This document shows, piece by piece, positions 60,385 through 64,000 of a stretch of DNA of 64,000 nt (position 1 is its first letter; every line of letters starts with the position of its first letter). The DNA comes from Neophaeotheca triangularis. Taxonomy: Eukaryota. Position numbers and translations under genes: made by a program. The DNA lies in contig BAAIJX010000006.1 in NCBI GenBank assembly GCA_054600435.1, positions 186,001 through 250,000 on the forward strand, in the 5' to 3' direction. Under the pieces are notes generated by a model. It was not told the DNA's origin. It searched no databases and saw only the letters and a program-made list of their open reading frames with translations.

Positions 60385-60624
60385 GATGCGGGAAGAAGTT
60401 GTAAGTTAGTAGTAAGGTCATAGAGGTCGAAGGCATCAAACGCGTTTGGGCGACGCGGTGTTTACCCCGGCTTTTGGCCGGTGTTAATCAATATTCCATC
60501 AAAGTTCCCATCAATATCCCGAGCCACCTCCGCAACACCTCCGGAACTAGCACTGACATTGCCTTCAGCTGCAATCACCACCACCAACGCCTCTACCACC
60601 CCAAGACAACGCCACGCACTCAAC

Positions 60625-61350
60625 ATGGTCCTCAAACTCCGTCTCGCGCGCCCAGCAACACCTGGCGGCTCCAAACGCCACCTCCCCCGCTACAACATAG
60701 TTCTCGCGCACGCCCGGTAAGCCCATCCTCACCCTCACCAGGCCCACACCCACCACAAACCCACCCAACTACCCACCCAACTAACCCCGTTTCCCCGCTC
60801 TAGAACCGCCCGCGACAGCAAACCACTCGAAGTCCTAGGAACATACGACCCGATCCCCACGCTCCCGCCCGACGCCCCTTCAACCGCCCGCAAGCAAAAA
60901 GACATCAAACTCGACGTTTCACGAGCGCAATACTGGCTAGGCGTCGGCGCGCAACCCAGTGACACCGTGTGGCGGCTACTCTCCATGATTGGGCTTTTAG
61001 AACCCAAGTACTTGCCTACGGGCCCACAGACCACGGCCGCGCTGAAGAGCGTGCGGTTTCCCACGCATCAGAGCACGAGGAGGAAAGAGGGGGAGCAAGG
61101 TGGGGATACGGGGAGGGAGGTTAGGGGGACGGCGCGAGAGGTGCCGTTTCCGGCTAGGGGGACGGAGGTTGAGAGTAAAATTGGGGCGGAGGCGGAGGAT
61201 GCTTTTGAGGGCTTGAGGCCGAGGGTTGGGGCTACGACGCCGGCGGGATCGGTGGATAGGGGGGGCAGCGCAGGGAAGGAGGGTTTGGCGAATGTTAAGG
61301 GTCAGGAGAGGGAGGAAGGGCTTGATGGGGAGAGTATGTTGAGTAGGTGA
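60625..61350 (+). CDS. MRPS16: Mitochondrial ribosomal protein bS16m; intron ~60717-60803
   Basis: MVLKLRLAR...[32 protein letters not shown]...[28 protein letters not shown], plus a low-complexity C-terminal extension. Confidence 0.92.
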
Positions 61351-62072
61351 GTGAAGCGTCAGGCGTGCTAAGGGTGTGTCTTCGGTAAGGGTGCCGCGCC
61401 GCGAGGGCGGCGGAGGGTTTGCATGGTTGAATTGGCCGAGAGAAGATCTGGATGGTAGTGGCTGGTGCATGAGAGGCAGATGCCTCCATTGTTTGCGCTG
61501 TGTCGACGGAATATGATTGGCCGTACTTGGGTTCGCATGCACTGGTAACTCAGCCGTCACGGAGTCAAAAGGCTCTGTTAGGGGGAACAGGCGCAAAAGG
61601 TATGCCTTTGAGGCGTAAGGATTTCAAGAATAGAGAGCCAGAGCAAATGTTCGTGTAGAAAGTGTTATACCAATCACCTGTACATTACACCGCCACAACT
61701 ATCTGCCTTCCAACCAGCACGCTCGAAAAAGAGTCCTGAAAATACAAGGGAATGAGATATTAAGCCTCCTGTCTGCCCTTACAAGAGGACACAGCAAGCA
61801 CAACTAATACTAATTTGGGTATGCCACATGCTTTCATTCCCGCTCCACGCCGAGAACACACATAACAAAGGAGACTGTAGCGTTGCCGCAGTCAGCGCCC
61901 TGTAGCTCCTCACGCGCCAGATCATAGACTGTTTTGGATTTGTGCCTTTGAGCAAGCGGTTTGCCCGTCGACGCAGCACCAAGTCTCGACAACGTCCGTT
62001 GCTAGCACTCCACTGGCTGCCCGCTGTAGCCCACCACCCCTCTCAACGTCTTGGTAGCTTAGGCGCCTCAAT

Positions 62073-63295
62073 CTACGCGCCAGCCTCGGTGCTGTCATCG
62101 TCATGCATAGGCGTCTGGCTCTGGTCCCTGTTCATGCGGCTCTCCAACTCTTTCAACTGACTTTCCCTAGCCAGCAACTCCTGCCTCTTCTCGTTGATCT
62201 CGCGCTGCACCTTGACCTCAATTTCCCTCAGCTTCTCCTCTTCACGACGGAGCTGCTCCTCCTTTAGCCTCACGCTTTGAGAAGCCAAACTCTGCGGGTC
62301 CAGGCTGTCCTGCGTTTCACCGCCTTGGCCAGGAGCGTCGGTGACCGATTTGGAGAGCTTCTCGGTACGGTAGTTTTCGTACAGGAAGTCGTGGGTGATT
62401 TCTTTCAGATCTGCGAGATGAGAGTGCAGCAATGCGGAGCGGATGGCTAGGAAGTCAGAGTGGCGGGGGTTGTCCACCTCGACGAGTCCCCAGGGGTATT
62501 GGCGGGCACGAATGCGGCGACCTTCAAACTCGACCGTGTCTTCGCTTCCGACAATCGCGAATGGCATCAGGCCGCGGAGTTCAGCGTTCTCCTCGACAGT
62601 GTCCTCGTCATCCTCTTCGATGTCGTAAGGGAAGTTGTACACGGGGATGCGGTAGTGCTCAATGTCTTCCATGATGAGCTTCTTTGACTCGGCGAGTTCA
62701 AGAGGAGTCAGAGAGTCAGCCTTGCCGATGACAGGGATAACGTTGACGCGTGGGGACAGGCGGCGCATGAGTTCTATGTCGAGTTCGCGGAGACCATGGC
62801 CTGACGGAGCAACTTGTTAGTTAAAGGTGTGGAAGGCTCGTAGAGAACACTAGACTCACCAGTAGGGGCAACAAAGTACAGAAGCACATGAACACGGTTG
62901 TCCCTGAAGCGCGGGTTACGCTTGATCCTGCTCTCCTCGGCCAGAATGTCATCATATTGACGCTCAAGGTAGGTGCTGATCTCGTTGAACGAGGCCTCGT
63001 TGTCAATCTGGTCACCGAAGCCAGGGGTATCGACAACGGTCAAGCTAATCCTCGTGCCTTCCTCATCGAGCTCAAGCTCTACAGTGATGGGCTTGATGCG
63101 GACACCTTCCTCCAAGTGAGCCGTGGTCGGGTCGTCAGAGTCCTTGCCTTCTAGCACGCTGCGACCGCAAAGAGTGTTGACAAATGTTGTGCGTCCAGTA
63201 CCCGAGGCACCGCAGACCATCAGGCAGAATTGGATCCCCTTCTTGACATTCTTCTTCTTGCGGAAGCGGCTCTGGCTCATGGCGCTCGAAGACAT
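62073..63295 (-). CDS. CDC11: Septin Cdc11/AspA; one intron ~62859-62801
   Basis: KKGIQFCLMVCGASGTGRTTFVNTLC (Cdc11-type GRTT P-loop), DTPGFGD, EESRIKRNPRFRDNRVH, VIGKADSLT, ARQYPWG, and a C-terminal coiled coil. Confidence 0.93.
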
Positions 63296-64000
63296 TGTGC
63301 TGCGGAGCTATGAGGGAAAGAAACTTTCACGATTGCTGTATTGTTCAGCACTAGGTCATGTGGTGTTGCAGCGGTGGAAGCGCATCGGTAGAGGACGAGT
63401 CGTGCTCCACGGGTGCGCGTTTCAGGGACGGGGGGAGTCGGTATAGCTTACCTGTTCGCTGGCAACAGTCAATGGCCCTGGAGGGGATGCCTTGTATCGA
63501 TTGGCGGGTACGTGAGGCGGCGTCGAGGGCGGTGGGGGGCGAGGATCGGGAAGAGAGAGGGTGGTGGTGGTGATGGTGGAGGAAACGTGGTGGATGGTCT
63601 TCCGTGGTCCGGCCCTCGCGTCTGGAAGTAGCTACCTTACTACTGTACTTAGGGGTTCACTTGCGGCTGCCTCCTGATTGGCTACGGCTGTACCCGTGAC
63701 CGCCCCCAGACTAAAGCAAGACAAGCTCCGGACATGCATGCTCACGAGCAACGACCACGCCTCCACCACCGACATCACTTGCTCTTTCTCTTCCTCTTTC
63801 TTCACAACACGACGACTCTTCTACTCTCTCGTTGATCCCCCTTGTAAAATACCAAACCCCACCTTGGAGAGTCTTTGCTTCCCTCCAAACGACATGGAAG
63901 TACGGGCGGCGAAGCAATTCCATGTCGATTGGCAATCCCTGGCAATCAACGCCACCAACGCGAACATTGACAAAGAAATCACATCGATCAGCTAGTTGAC

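Noticed and set aside
1..64000. tRNA, rRNA or transposon sequences
   Set aside because: No cloverleaf, rRNA-like segment, transposase/RT ORF or terminal repeats recognised by eye; tRNAscan-SE, Infernal and a repeat-library search would be needed to exclude them.

Overview
Eukaryotic, intron-containing fungal DNA. It is a filamentous ascomycete, and gene style suggests a Dothideomycete (inference). About 24 protein-coding loci can be supported. The flanks are housekeeping genes: palI/RIM9, RPS27, a Zn-alcohol dehydrogenase, LIP5, Asterix and MED12 on the left; SER2, a Zn2Cys6 factor, an ivdA-mccB leucine-catabolism pair, an acyl-CoA ligase, an RfeG-like gene, a GST-like gene, dynein LIC, MRPS16 and the septin CDC11 on the right. 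Between MED12 and SER2 lies an accessory-looking block (~26.5-37.9 kb) with a secreted S28 peptidase, a HET-domain gene broken by one TGG->TAG stop, and a decayed PAN/Apple-repeat gene. The highlight is also in this block: a divergently transcribed pair of a DUF3328/UstYa oxidase (two HxxHC motifs) and a six-exon gene missed by the ORF track. That gene encodes a 253-aa secreted, Kex2-site-delimited, Tyr-x-x-Tyr repeat protein, so the pair is a candidate minimal dikaritin-type fungal RiPP system with unusually long Tyr/Lys/Pro-rich cores. A secreted GH31 enzyme with the sulfoquinovosidase (YihQ) residue signature is a second notable find. All exon structures were derived by hand from GT-AG and branch-site signals; no database searches were run.
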